The notes beneath the pieces were generated by a model, which worked only from the letters and a program-made list of their open reading frames with translations, did no database searches and was not told the origin of the DNA. A program made the position numbers and the translations under genes. Source: Giardia intestinalis (lineage: Eukaryota). Taken from it: DNA of 64,000 bases. This document shows, in pieces, positions 46,987 to 57,428 of this stretch (position 1 is the stretch's first letter; every line of letters starts with the position of its first letter). Location of the stretch: NCBI GenBank assembly GCA_000002435.2, contig CM018790.1; one strand, written 5' to 3'.

Positions 46987-47805
46987 TTAAGTCAGCTTGG
47001 TCTGCTCTTGAATGTCTGTTGATTGCTCCTTTGTATATACTACAGTACCTGTGTCGGAGATAAAAGCAAAGCGGAGGGTAAACTCCGGATCGTTGATGTG
47101 ATCGTGGCACGCCCAGATAACTTTTGCGGTTGCCAGGATTGCCTCACTCTCACTCATCCCAGTCAACAGCCCCCCTGAGTTGTGCACACGCTTTAGATGA
47201 TTAAATCTATCGTTAGTGTCTTTCTCGGCAGGCCCCATGTGGTTTTCGAGCTCCACCTTAGCTTGAGAGGTATGTCTACCTGCTGCTGTGGCAAAACAAT
47301 TGGTGATATCGCCCGACGGCTGCAACAAGTAAAGTGAGTACTTGGTTTTCAATGTGGTGGGCTCGTCTGCAGACGCAATTGAGTCGTACCCAGCTATCAA
47401 CAGGGAGCAGCCAAAGGGACGCACCTCGCCGTAGTGAGTGTAAAGCTGCATATAGCCGGAGATGCTGTTGGCGAGAACACCCGTTGGCACGATGCGGCTA
47501 TAGTTTTCTCTGTAAGATTCTGCCACCTCTCGGGCCTTGGACACTAAAACCATGCCATCCGGTTGAAGCCCCGCAACCGCTATCACGATGCTATCCTCTA
47601 TTTGGTAGAAGCACGGAGCAGAGTCGATCTCCAGTATGTCGTGAATGTTCTTCTGAACAGCCAGGGCTACCCCCCCTGAGGTTCGAATGCCAACACAGAG
47701 CCCGTGCTGTTCGACGGCTTTCAGTGCATAGTCCACCTGGAAGATCTTCCCATCGGGAGAGTAGGATCCACAGGAAACGTCGTATCCAGAGCCGACAGCA
47801 GTCAT
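46987..47805 (-). CDS. Proteasome alpha-type subunit (alpha7/PSMA3-like)
   Basis: MTAVGSGYDVSCGSYSPDGKIFQVDYALKAVE...VRPFGCSLLIAGYD matches PSMA3 ([28 protein letters not shown]...VRPFGCSF). I chose ATG 47805, which has an A/T-rich leader. The upstream in-frame ATG 47865 adds 20 non-conserved residues. Confidence 0.8.
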   Translation of the reverse strand: MTAVGSGYDVSCGSYSPDGKIFQVDYALKAVEQHGLCVGIRTSGGVALAVQKNIHDILEIDSAPCFYQIEDSIVIAVAGLQPDGMVLVSKAREVAESYRENYSRIVPTGVLANSISGYMQLYTHYGEVRPFGCSLLIAGYDSIASADEPTTLKTKYSLYLLQPSGDITNCFATAAGRHTSQAKVELENHMGPAEKDTNDRFNHLKRVHNSGGLLTGMSESEAILATAKVIWACHDHINDPEFTLRFAFISDTGTVVYTKEQSTDIQEQTKLT

Positions 47806-47903
47806 GAATAATTTATGTTTTCGGGCCGGCCTTGTCCCAGGGGATCTATTCGCCGGCTCTATCATACGTAAAGCCAGAGCAGCCGTTTACTAATACAAGG
47901 ACC

Positions 47904-49619
47904 CTACCATATCTTCTGCAGACTCAAGTACCCGCTCACGCAACTTTTGTCGTGATCGCTGGTTACTATCAGCTGCAGCTTGCTGTTCTCGCTCAAGTAA
48001 ATATAGTCCGTCAGGCTCTGGCCCACATAAGTGTTCTGCGCCTGGTTCTTAGGCTTTATGTACATATAGGGGGCAACATCTCCGCTCATGGCACATATAA
48101 TGGGCTCCCCGTTTACGTGCAGCTGCACCGTGGGACGCTGTTTGCCAAATATTACGAAGTCCACCCGGTAGCAGCCTGCTAGACACACTAAGATTGTTGG
48201 TTTTCCGGTGTCCCAAATGAAGTTGCTCTGTAATGTGTTGCATACCTCAGTACTCCACACTATGCCTCCTACACTGGAGTACCGCTTCCCTTTCCATAGC
48301 CACCGCGCAGTGGGCAGCGAAAGCACTGCATCACTGGAATGAATGATGGAGTCCAATGTGTTAAGCTTGGATATCAGTTTCAAGTTACTTTCTTCCATAT
48401 AGTCAGACAACGCTACCAGCTCCTCCTTTAGCTGAGACTGGAACCATAACCGCGTGTCAACAAGGAGCTTCTCAAGGTCTATGAACCGCTCTTCAAACTC
48501 CATCTGTGACTTGGCTCCTTCCTTCACAATGGTCTTCGCAACTGACTTTGCAAGCTTATCCTTGACATGGGCCGTGTTCTCCTTAAGAGTATTATCAAAC
48601 TGTGCGTGATACTGGTTAAATTCGTGCTTAATAAGCCTTGATATTGTTTTGTCTAACTGGGTATCTATACTGGCCTTCACTAAGGCGTCAAATCGGTCCT
48701 GTTTGAAGTTCTGTGACAGGTTCTCAATAGAAGCCAGCCGCTCTTGAAGCTCCTCTACGTGCTGCGTGATGTGCGGGAATTTTGCATAGACTCGGTTCTC
48801 GGTATCTAGAAGCTTGGCATGAAGTGCATTGAGATCATCGGTAATAGCTGCCCGTACATTCGCAAGCTTATCTGCATGGCTATTTAATTTCAGGGTGAAG
48901 TCTCCGCAGTGTTCGGCCACATTATCAATCGAGAGCTCGAGGCTGCGTTTTGTAGTTTGAAGTGCCTCACTTTGAATTTGTAGTGCTGTTTGCAGCTGTT
49001 CAGGTGTCACAGAGGTTGTTGCAATCTCTTTGAGACGATCATTCATAAGGGTAGTGACAATCTCGAACTGTGGATGCTGCGTCCTCAGAGAAGAAACTAT
49101 TGAGTCAAAATTGCTCTGCGACACGTAGTCTGCCAGTCTTTCATCTATGTCTCTACGAAGAGAGGAAGCCAGTGCATCTGCTTGGCGCCGAACTTCGTCG
49201 AACTCTGTGTCTAGCCGACGGGCTATCAAGTCGAGTAGATCCCTCGTTGCAAACTTTGCCGATGCGCCATTGTACTCTTCCACATCCAGCTTTGTGCTGA
49301 GCATATGTATAATGTGTGTAAGCTGGCTTTCGGCCTTGGCCTTGACCATTTCAGAACACTCCGTCTTGATGCTTAAAATCTCTGCCCGAGCTTCGCGAAT
49401 CTTAGCGTCAAGATCATCAAAACGGGGATCGCGCCGCTCAGCGGCTTCGATTGCCCTTTCTGCTGCCCTTTCCTGTTGCGCTAACCGAGTCTTCAGTTCG
49501 TGCAGTTCAGTGGATTGCTTCTCTACAAGCCCATAAAGCTCAATAAAGGCCGACCTTACGACCGGCTGGATATTCTTCCAATCTCCTACGCCGGCTTTGG
49601 CCTCATTCAAGCTGAGCAT
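47904..49619 (-). CDS. Long coiled-coil protein with a compact beta-rich C-terminal domain
   Basis: About 430 aa of heptad-rich sequence, then about 140 aa reading ...ILVCLAGCYRVDFVIFGKQRPTVQLHVNGEPI...GYLSLQKIW. The leader is A/T-rich. Confidence 0.5.
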   Translation of the reverse strand: MLSLNEAKAGVGDWKNIQPVVRSAFIELYGLVEKQSTELHELKTRLAQQERAAERAIEAAERRDPRFDDLDAKIREARAEILSIKTECSEMVKAKAESQLTHIIHMLSTKLDVEEYNGASAKFATRDLLDLIARRLDTEFDEVRRQADALASSLRRDIDERLADYVSQSNFDSIVSSLRTQHPQFEIVTTLMNDRLKEIATTSVTPEQLQTALQIQSEALQTTKRSLELSIDNVAEHCGDFTLKLNSHADKLANVRAAITDDLNALHAKLLDTENRVYAKFPHITQHVEELQERLASIENLSQNFKQDRFDALVKASIDTQLDKTISRLIKHEFNQYHAQFDNTLKENTAHVKDKLAKSVAKTIVKEGAKSQMEFEERFIDLEKLLVDTRLWFQSQLKEELVALSDYMEESNLKLISKLNTLDSIIHSSDAVLSLPTARWLWKGKRYSSVGGIVWSTEVCNTLQSNFIWDTGKPTILVCLAGCYRVDFVIFGKQRPTVQLHVNGEPIICAMSGDVAPYMYIKPKNQAQNTYVGQSLTDYIYLSENSKLQLIVTSDHDKSCVSGYLSLQKIW

Positions 49620-49691
49620 CTACAATGTGAAAATAAAAAACCCGGGAACGCCGGAAGAAGCCGAGAGAGCCGGAAGCTCAGATTTTAAATC
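49620..49691. promoter_or_regulatory. 72-bp bidirectional promoter region
   Basis: Lies between the divergent start codons at 49619 (-) and 49692 (+). It contains gaaaataaaaaaccc and gattttaaatcATG. Confidence 0.45.
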
Positions 49692-51251
49692 ATGGAACGC
49701 CTGAAAGTGTATTACGTTTCAGACAGTCATGCGACACGGGAGCCGTATTATGACACCCCCTTTTCTGAGCGGTCCAACAAGTTAGCCATCACCGTGCCCC
49801 AGGATGATATCGGGGGGCCTGTCTATCTCATGCAGCAGATCTTGACACCAGGTGGCGATCAGGCACACTATATCTATCTTTTTCAGCTGCTCCGCCAGTA
49901 TGCAGCGAGAAGCCAGACAAGTTGTGAGCTTTTGATAAAGCCCCTTGTGCAGATTGTACTTTATTCGCTAGCTCGTTTAGGCTGTCTCGAGATGTTTGGA
50001 AACACCGCATCTTCTGGAGCTCAACCGAGTGCGTTAGATATTCTGGCTCGTGACGACTGTGCTGAGGCACGTGTTCTTTGTCTTTCAATTCTTAAAGATA
50101 TTGCAGCATCCCCATCGTTCATTCAGCAAGGCCTTGGATACGTAAACCATGGAACCTCATGGATTGATATGGGCCCGGTGGCAGAGCAGTTTACAGACTA
50201 TGCATCTTACATTGGAAAGGAAGAAAAAGCATGCTTGCACTTATTAAATAACATATACACCCTTGTAGAGAAGGACAAGCATACGGTGGAGGACTTTTTA
50301 TCCAAGGAGGTGCACGACTACATCAATAGCAACACAGCAAACATCTATGGGATTGCCTCCTACAACAATTACTACGTATATACACCCCAGCAGGGCATGG
50401 ACATACTCATGTCTTTCACGTTAGACCCATGCGTTGATGTTGCCAAGGCCGCTATGTCCCTCTTGAGTTCTCTCCTAGCGCTTCACGGGGACGACTTTCT
50501 GAGGCCTCTTGTAGATTGTAACACATGCAACAAGCTTATCAACGCAATCTTCTACGTCCTAGGAGCGCACACAGAGCGTTCCCGGACAGTGCAGCTAGTT
50601 GCCGACTGGGGCCTTACCTCCAATAACGTTTATCTTATGCAGAGATCATACTTTGAAGGATACTGTGCTATAGTCACTGCAATGGCGCACCACCTCAGTA
50701 CGTTATCCAATGCAACCGAGAGCGGTTTGCTTTCCACCGCCATCGTCATGTGTTACTTTAGCAGCACATTTGAGTCCGCCATTGCTCTATTGGACAGTAT
50801 CTTACTCACAGACTATGGCCTTACTGGTGTGGTCTACAACAAAACCCTCGAATTTCTCCACTTAGACGGCGGGCACTCATTTGCGTATTCGATTCTGCAT
50901 AATGTAACAGGCTTACTGAGCTCTAAAGCGAAAAAGGACGCCATCAGCTTCTCCCTCTCCATGCTGAAACACAAGGAATGCGTGCAGGACTTCAGCCGCG
51001 ATCTACCAGGGCTATTCACCCTCGTGTCCCAGCAGGAGTTTAGCACCATGGAAGCTGCGCGTCTCTTCTCAGCGGCGTCCCAGTATGGGCAAAATCAAAG
51101 ATTGATACGAGAGTTTCTAGACAGCGATGATGAGGTGGCTCACGAAATACTCAATCTAATGAACGTAAGTACATCATCTAGATTGCAGCCTGTGGAGCAA
51201 ATGGGATACAAATTCCAAGAGCTCGATTTGGGATGGACCAGGCCTTCATGA
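49692..51251 (+). CDS. Hypothetical protein (519 aa)
   Basis: ATG with an A/T-rich leader and ordinary composition. No recognised motif. Confidence 0.5.
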   Translation: MERLKVYYVSDSHATREPYYDTPFSERSNKLAITVPQDDIGGPVYLMQQILTPGGDQAHYIYLFQLLRQYAARSQTSCELLIKPLVQIVLYSLARLGCLEMFGNTASSGAQPSALDILARDDCAEARVLCLSILKDIAASPSFIQQGLGYVNHGTSWIDMGPVAEQFTDYASYIGKEEKACLHLLNNIYTLVEKDKHTVEDFLSKEVHDYINSNTANIYGIASYNNYYVYTPQQGMDILMSFTLDPCVDVAKAAMSLLSSLLALHGDDFLRPLVDCNTCNKLINAIFYVLGAHTERSRTVQLVADWGLTSNNVYLMQRSYFEGYCAIVTAMAHHLSTLSNATESGLLSTAIVMCYFSSTFESAIALLDSILLTDYGLTGVVYNKTLEFLHLDGGHSFAYSILHNVTGLLSSKAKKDAISFSLSMLKHKECVQDFSRDLPGLFTLVSQQEFSTMEAARLFSAASQYGQNQRLIREFLDSDDEVAHEILNLMNVSTSSRLQPVEQMGYKFQELDLGWTRPS

Positions 51252-51258
51252 GCCTTGC

Positions 51259-51294
51259 AGACTTTGCAATAGACTTTGTGATAGACTTTGATCC
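51259..51294. repeat. Three tandem copies of a 12-nt unit, AGACTTTG(c/t)(a/g)AT
   Basis: AGACTTTG recurs at 51259, 51271 and 51283. The repeat starts 8 nt after the stop of gene 49692-51251, in a convergent intergenic region. Confidence 0.65.
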
Positions 51295-51395
51295 CAGTGT
51301 GAAGGGTTGAGAGCATAAGCAGTCTGGGGCATGGTGTTGAGTACATCAATAGGACATCAATAGTACTGATAAGTGAACTGAGGTGGCGATAGCAA

Positions 51396-53282
51396 CTAAG
51401 CAAGAGTCTCTAACTCACCAGCCATCTTCTCGAACAGCGGCTGGTCTAGGTTATCGGTGACGAAGCTCTCTCCACCAACTGCTAGGAAGAACTCCGTTGT
51501 GTCCGGATACGTTTCAAGCAACTTGGTGACAAAGCCCACCAGGACATCCTTGAACTTCTTCTTTGTGTTTCCAAAGCGGCAGAAATAGATCAGCATATCG
51601 TATATGTGTTTCCAAGTGTCTGGGAGATAGATAGCTTCTTTAGAAACAAGGGCCTCCGTCAAGGAGTACAGAGCTGTGGAAATCTTGTTGAGAGGCATGC
51701 TCTTGAGAACCCTTATATATTGGTTGAACAGGTGCTCGTTAGGGGAGATTGCTTCTAGAAAGTTGTTGACTACATAAACCAAAAGTGAGCTCATGTTGGA
51801 AGAGATCTGGATAGTGAAGCTCGTAGACAATGGAGCCATTTGTGTGAAAGTCTTTTCGATGAGAAGCACAAGAGAAGGGGAATTCGGCGGCCCACCAACA
51901 TCATATATAGATGCCCCCGCAGACAGAGACGGCATCCCCGGCACTTGTGCAGAGATGAAGGGGTCCTCACACGTCGCAGTCAGCCGCTCCTTCAGCTGCA
52001 GCTCTTGATATGAAGACCTTGACTGTACAATCTTATTTATTGCAGAGACAACGAGAGATGTCAGGTTCTTTTTGCGAAAAGACATGAGGGAGAAGAGCTT
52101 GTTCATAAACTCCACGTTATACGCTACAGAAAGCTCAACACAAGACCAGAAGGACGTTATGTGCGCCTCCAGTAGAGCTATGAGCATATAAAGTATGCGG
52201 TTCATAAAGGACACATTAGTTGGTGGGACCAACATAAAGATAGACACGCCGAGTTCGAAGATGTGAGAGAACGCGCGGAAGATAAAGACTACTTGCTGGA
52301 CGAACGACTGAGACACAAAGTCCTCCTCTATTTGAATCTCTTCCTCTCTTGAAATGCGGACTACCCCCGCCACGAAGGTCGGACAGAGATATGGGTGATG
52401 TAGTCTTCCCTCATAGTAACAAGTTGATATGATGTCCCCCTCGTCAGTGAAATCGAATTCGTGGTAGTCGTCGTCTGTCCCCGCTTGTAAATAGCTCAAA
52501 GGAAAGTGTGTCTCGTAGTAAGATATCATTGCGTACACAAGATTGCCTATTATATACATTGCATACTTTGAGATGAAGCTCACGTTGAGCCTCTCTTGTG
52601 GTATTTGACTCTGCTTGAGTGCCTCTGCCTGGCAGAACAGGTCTGGATATTCCATGAGGAGATGCTTGTAAAAGAACCGCAAGATGATAGTACACTCTAA
52701 AGGCGTGAGGCGTATTTGCTTGCTCGAGGTAATGTTGAGAATGATAATGCACAAGGTTTCGGATGCTGGTGTATGCTTAATATCTGAGAGAATCCCCAAC
52801 AAAGTTTCATGCTTTTGATACAGTATACGTTCTGCAGTGCTGGAGTAGTAAGAAAGACTGCTAAGAAGCCAAGTTATTTCATATATGGCGTTGAGGAAAG
52901 GGTCAGCACTGCTGTTCCCTTGGAGCGCAGCTCTGTAGTGAGAATATTCCAGTTCTAGATATGCGATGATAGCACGGATTACAGCCTCGTTCGACGCTAG
53001 GTGCAGCGTGTATTTATCCTGCATGTTAATCCAGTATCTGAGGTGTCTTACGCAGTACTCCAGCCTGTCTAGCGGGTAGGTGCTGGGGTCCCCAGTCTGT
53101 AGCTCGGCAGCAATGAGCGCAGCCTCGTCGTGGGACACAGGAGGATAGGATGCAAGGCGCTTCTTGGATTCTTCTTCATCAGAAGAGATATCGTCCTCTA
53201 GAATCTGCTGCATTTCTCTGCGGCGAATCTGCGCCAACGACCTCTGGTCATTAAGAAAGATGCGGCGCTCCCTCGACATCAA
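51396..53282 (-). CDS. Hypothetical alpha-helical protein (628 aa)
   Basis: ATG-initiated ORF. The N-terminus is acidic and Ser-rich, and the body is helical (possibly ARM-like). Confidence 0.5.
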   Translation of the reverse strand: MMSRERRIFLNDQRSLAQIRRREMQQILEDDISSDEEESKKRLASYPPVSHDEAALIAAELQTGDPSTYPLDRLEYCVRHLRYWINMQDKYTLHLASNEAVIRAIIAYLELEYSHYRAALQGNSSADPFLNAIYEITWLLSSLSYYSSTAERILYQKHETLLGILSDIKHTPASETLCIIILNITSSKQIRLTPLECTIILRFFYKHLLMEYPDLFCQAEALKQSQIPQERLNVSFISKYAMYIIGNLVYAMISYYETHFPLSYLQAGTDDDYHEFDFTDEGDIISTCYYEGRLHHPYLCPTFVAGVVRISREEEIQIEEDFVSQSFVQQVVFIFRAFSHIFELGVSIFMLVPPTNVSFMNRILYMLIALLEAHITSFWSCVELSVAYNVEFMNKLFSLMSFRKKNLTSLVVSAINKIVQSRSSYQELQLKERLTATCEDPFISAQVPGMPSLSAGASIYDVGGPPNSPSLVLLIEKTFTQMAPLSTSFTIQISSNMSSLLVYVVNNFLEAISPNEHLFNQYIRVLKSMPLNKISTALYSLTEALVSKEAIYLPDTWKHIYDMLIYFCRFGNTKKKFKDVLVGFVTKLLETYPDTTEFFLAVGGESFVTDNLDQPLFEKMAGELETLA

Positions 53283-53412
53283 ACGTTCTCTTTTTTAGTG
53301 GAAATTTTTAATGGAAAATGCTTATCAAAATAAATTAAATCTATAAGCCGAGCCTTAAGCTAAAGTACTAACATATTTCAATTCCCGAGGCTGACCATAG
53401 GTGCCTATGAAA

Positions 53413-56400
53413 CTATGAGGTGCCTGAGACTTTGGAAGATTCAGTGAGAAAGTATGCAGAAATGGCGTCTTTTGTCTCACGGCTTACGCGAGAGCTGCAG
53501 TTTTTTGCATAGTGCAAGTATGACCGGCCGTCAGCGTCGAGGATGTGATGCTCTTTGGGATACAAAAGCTTCACCAGGTCATAGTGGCCATAGTATACAG
53601 ACAGGTGGAGTGCGGTATACCCTTTCCCCACGTTTGTAAGCCTGTTTCCGTGATGGCCGGTCTCCAGTGGGAGTAGAAGTTGTGCAATATCAATGTGCTG
53701 GTTGATGACGGCTATCATAAGGGCTGTGTCCCCCGTTACCGTACTCATTCCAGCTTCAAAGGCGGCTAAAATGCGGCATATGTCGAAGTTTCCCGCGTCT
53801 GCAGCATACATTAAGGCGGTCCGCTTGCCGTCGTCTTGTAGCCGCTTCTGGTAGCCTAGGAGTGCCCACACCATGCTGATATTGTTGTTCTTGGCCGCCT
53901 TCATGAGTTCGGTGAAGCGGTCATTTGCCAGATTGACCCTAGAAAGTTTTACACCTTCGTATGGTGTCAGAATCTCTGCTGCCTCAATACGCCCTGCCCG
54001 CAGAGCCATGGTGAGCGCAGTCTCATTGTTTGGCGCATATATGCCCGATTCCAACGGTGCAAGAACCTTTACTGCCTCTAGAAAATTCCTCTCGACTGCA
54101 AACATGAGTGCTGTCATGCCGGTCGAGGTTGCCACCTTTCCGTACTGGAGATTACTCGAGATACCGGCAAGGTCTTTTTGTTGGACAGCAACCATCAGGG
54201 GTGTAAGCTGCAGAGCATCATGTTTATCTTCTTGTCCATCTCTTGCCTTCTGTTGCTTGTTCCCTTTGTTATCTTTACTGTCCTTTGAGTTGATGATTCT
54301 TCTGGATCGTGCTCGCGTGGAGTGCTGGCCAGAAGGCAGTGGCGGGGGTGGAACGTCAATCGCCTCCTTGAGCAGATTAGAAAGCTTTTGTGTAAGCGCG
54401 CTAGATGGGCTCTTAGGCTTCTTGGAGAGGCCTAATTTTTCATCAAGTCTCTCCTCTGAGCATGTGTCCAGATCCTTCAGAGCTTCTGCAGACGCTCCAT
54501 GAAAAACGGACGAGGACTGCAGCGGGTTGTGTAAAATTGTTGCATCTACACACTGCGTGGGTTGCTCTGTGTTGGTAGTATTTAGATAGAGGATAGTTGT
54601 ATTCTGTGGAGGCGGAGATGTGGAAGATATTAAATGGTCAATATCACCGAGCATAGGGGTGGATTCTGACTGTGTTATATTTGGGAGGAGTTTATAAGTG
54701 GGAGAGATTAGTGGCACATTGTAAGATAGCTCATCTTCAAGGGGAACAGAGAGGTTAAATGTCTGCGTCCACATATCGGTAACGTGTCGCTTGGCGTGAG
54801 CTGTATCTCCATCAGTTGGCTCGCGTAAAAGCTTACTAGTTATGGGCTGCTCCATACGGACTGATAGTGGGGGGTTCTCCAAAGTTAATGATTTGATCTT
54901 TTTCTTTATGGCCTCTATCTCTTGGGGCGTATCTTCTGAGGGCCCGGATGCGGACAGCTTTCCTTTGGCGTATATCCGCTTCACATTGAGTACTGGATCC
55001 AGCTCGTGCACGATAGTCTCTAGGTCTTTAACAAGTAACTCATTCTTATGTGTAAGCCCCTCGTTAATATTCTTTATTCTTTTTAGCTCTGCTTTTAGTT
55101 GCGAAAGCTCCTTATTTAACTCAATGCAGCCTTCACAGACGTCTCCCATGGACATCTCAGTGATTCCTTCTAGCCCAGAGGGAAGATCTCCTGGACGGCC
55201 GTTACTTTGATCATTTGCAACAGGATTTGGAGACTGCCGCTCTTTATTTTGGCAGACTAACCCTTGGGGGTCTATACTATTGATGGTGTCAGCGTTATGG
55301 TTGGGGTGTTGGGAGGATAGCCTCTCTACCTCTGTCTGGGCTATGTGTGCATCCCGTCTGAGAACGAGTATGTCGTTTTCTAATTTAATGTTCTTTTGTT
55401 GCTCATCATAATAGAGTTGCAGGTATCTATTACCAGCCTCTTCAAATGCTTTTAGCTCTTTCTTTTCACTGAGCAATGAAGCTGATAGCATCCTGATTTC
55501 GCTGTGCATCTCCTCAATTAAGGCTTTAAACCGCGATACCTCCAGTTCTCCGTTGGAAACGTTATACTTTTCCAGCAAATCCTTAATATCTATGTGTAGT
55601 AAGGTTCGCTTGTGTTTCCACAAAGCCGCTTGAAGCTTTATGTTTCGACGCACAGTATCTGCGTGTTCGCTCAGCAACGACTGAAAAGCTAAGTCCTTTT
55701 CTTGCACCAGACTTATAGCACGGTCCATTCCAGCAGTGCGCAAAGACAAAAGGCTTCTTAGATTAGTGATAATACGATCATTGTCGTTTGGTGACGACGA
55801 GCTTGTAATACCTAGGTCTTCAATACCTAGGCTTTCAACACCTAGGCTTAGTTGTTGCTTAAAAATATTCTGATAATAGGCCAGAAGCTCTGTAGTATAT
55901 TTTATTTGAGCTTTATATTCATTGAGAAGTGGTATAAAGCAGGATTGAGTAAGCTGTGACCCTGGTCGCTGACTAGAGTGGCTGTCAGTATGGGAAGGAT
56001 CAACAATGGTTTCGGGAGCAGCTAAATCTTTTAGATCGCTCATCCTAATGGAGCTATCTATTTGACCTACACTGGGGGTGACAGAAATCTTGCTCCTGTC
56101 CGAAGTAGCCATGGATATACACGAAGACCTGTTACTCTGTAACGTCTTTGGGGGGCCTGTGTTTGCCTTCTCATCTGCCTCATTAGATCTGGAGGTAAGC
56201 CGCAAAAGCTTCTCATCTAGGTCCTTCATAAACCAGTTTGTCTCCACTAGTCGCCGAAGGATTGCTATTTCTTGGTCTTTCTTTTGTATGGTATGTTTGT
56301 GCTCCTCTAGCTCCTTCTCTAAACCCTCTAGATTCCTTGGATTAGGAGGAATATCCGAAGCTGAGGCTGACCGGGCTGCGATGGCCACAGACTCTGCATC

Positions 56401-57291
56401 GTGCAGTTTTTGCGAATACTCCTTCAGCTGATTCTCCAGGGACTCTTTTTCTTTCTTCTTTTCCATTGTTAAGGAGGAGATTGCATTTTTCAATCTAGCA
56501 TTCTCAGTCTGCAGCCTCTCAATTTCAATTTTCTCCATTACTTGGTCTAGGGTCTTAGATGAGTCAACTGATAATCGTGAACCAGAGACGGCGCCTATCG
56601 ATGATGCCCTGGTAATGCCCTTGTTAAACAATGGCCCTATGTCCGACTCTGCTTTGCTAATATCACGTGAATCCTTTAACCTCTGTAGAATGATCGTAGG
56701 CGGCACTGAATTATAGGATATGTGGTTGGAAGCTTTACCGCCAGAGGAAATGGATCTTAGTCCTATGCTAGAAGGCGCGACTGAATCAAGGTTGCTTTCT
56801 TTCTTTGTATTATTTGTAGACCCTTGAATCAAGAACTCTTCAATCTGGCGTTTCTCTTCGGGCCTCCTGCACTCCTTTCTCAAAAACTTCAAAGCTCTCT
56901 CGTAGTCAACGTCTCTCAGGTGACAGTGTTCAGCGAGGAGCTTGCACATTGAAAGATCTCCTGCTTGTGCTGCGTGCGAAAGCGCGCACAGCCCAGACGA
57001 ATCCTGTATGTACGAGCAGCGTCGCGCTAAAACAGGGATAACGTAATTTGCCCCCGCCTCCGCGGCCAAAATCAGTGCATTTTTTCCATCGCTAGTAAGA
57101 AAGTAATGCTCCCTATCTATTAAGAGTTGACAAAAGTAACGATTATTCATCTCTGCCGCAATCATCAACGCCGTTTTTCCAGCGGTGTCTCTGCTGCCAA
57201 ACTGAGTATTCCTTGGCAAGATTACCTCAAGAAGCCTCTTGTCTGATCGTTTGACGGCCCGTATGAGGGTGCTTTCTGGTGCAGGTATCAT
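53413..57291 (-). CDS. Head-stalk protein: N-terminal ankyrin repeats, a long coiled-coil, then C-terminal ankyrin repeats (GASP-180 / Protein 21.1-like family)
   Basis: The track start 57417 is GTG. In-frame ATGs lie at 57381 and 57291; 57291 has the A/T-rich leader (ttttagagttttttctaaaaccATG). Ankyrin units are present at both ends, with about 700 aa of heptad repeats between them. Confidence 0.65.
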   Translation of the reverse strand: MIPAPESTLIRAVKRSDKRLLEVILPRNTQFGSRDTAGKTALMIAAEMNNRYFCQLLIDREHYFLTSDGKNALILAAEAGANYVIPVLARRCSYIQDSSGLCALSHAAQAGDLSMCKLLAEHCHLRDVDYERALKFLRKECRRPEEKRQIEEFLIQGSTNNTKKESNLDSVAPSSIGLRSISSGGKASNHISYNSVPPTIILQRLKDSRDISKAESDIGPLFNKGITRASSIGAVSGSRLSVDSSKTLDQVMEKIEIERLQTENARLKNAISSLTMEKKKEKESLENQLKEYSQKLHDAESVAIAARSASASDIPPNPRNLEGLEKELEEHKHTIQKKDQEIAILRRLVETNWFMKDLDEKLLRLTSRSNEADEKANTGPPKTLQSNRSSCISMATSDRSKISVTPSVGQIDSSIRMSDLKDLAAPETIVDPSHTDSHSSQRPGSQLTQSCFIPLLNEYKAQIKYTTELLAYYQNIFKQQLSLGVESLGIEDLGITSSSSPNDNDRIITNLRSLLSLRTAGMDRAISLVQEKDLAFQSLLSEHADTVRRNIKLQAALWKHKRTLLHIDIKDLLEKYNVSNGELEVSRFKALIEEMHSEIRMLSASLLSEKKELKAFEEAGNRYLQLYYDEQQKNIKLENDILVLRRDAHIAQTEVERLSSQHPNHNADTINSIDPQGLVCQNKERQSPNPVANDQSNGRPGDLPSGLEGITEMSMGDVCEGCIELNKELSQLKAELKRIKNINEGLTHKNELLVKDLETIVHELDPVLNVKRIYAKGKLSASGPSEDTPQEIEAIKKKIKSLTLENPPLSVRMEQPITSKLLREPTDGDTAHAKRHVTDMWTQTFNLSVPLEDELSYNVPLISPTYKLLPNITQSESTPMLGDIDHLISSTSPPPQNTTILYLNTTNTEQPTQCVDATILHNPLQSSSVFHGASAEALKDLDTCSEERLDEKLGLSKKPKSPSSALTQKLSNLLKEAIDVPPPPLPSGQHSTRARSRRIINSKDSKDNKGNKQQKARDGQEDKHDALQLTPLMVAVQQKDLAGISSNLQYGKVATSTGMTALMFAVERNFLEAVKVLAPLESGIYAPNNETALTMALRAGRIEAAEILTPYEGVKLSRVNLANDRFTELMKAAKNNNISMVWALLGYQKRLQDDGKRTALMYAADAGNFDICRILAAFEAGMSTVTGDTALMIAVINQHIDIAQLLLPLETGHHGNRLTNVGKGYTALHLSVYYGHYDLVKLLYPKEHHILDADGRSYLHYAKNCSSRVSRETKDAISAYFLTESSKVSGTS

Positions 57292-57428
57292 GGTTTTAGA
57301 AAAAACTCTAAAAGCATGGGCTCCAACCCCGCAAACACAGCGCAAGTGTGATGTGTGCCAGTACCAAGCAAGGATGACCATAGGAGCCTGAGCAATCCCT
57401 TTGATAGATGCATTCACTCACAAAACTA

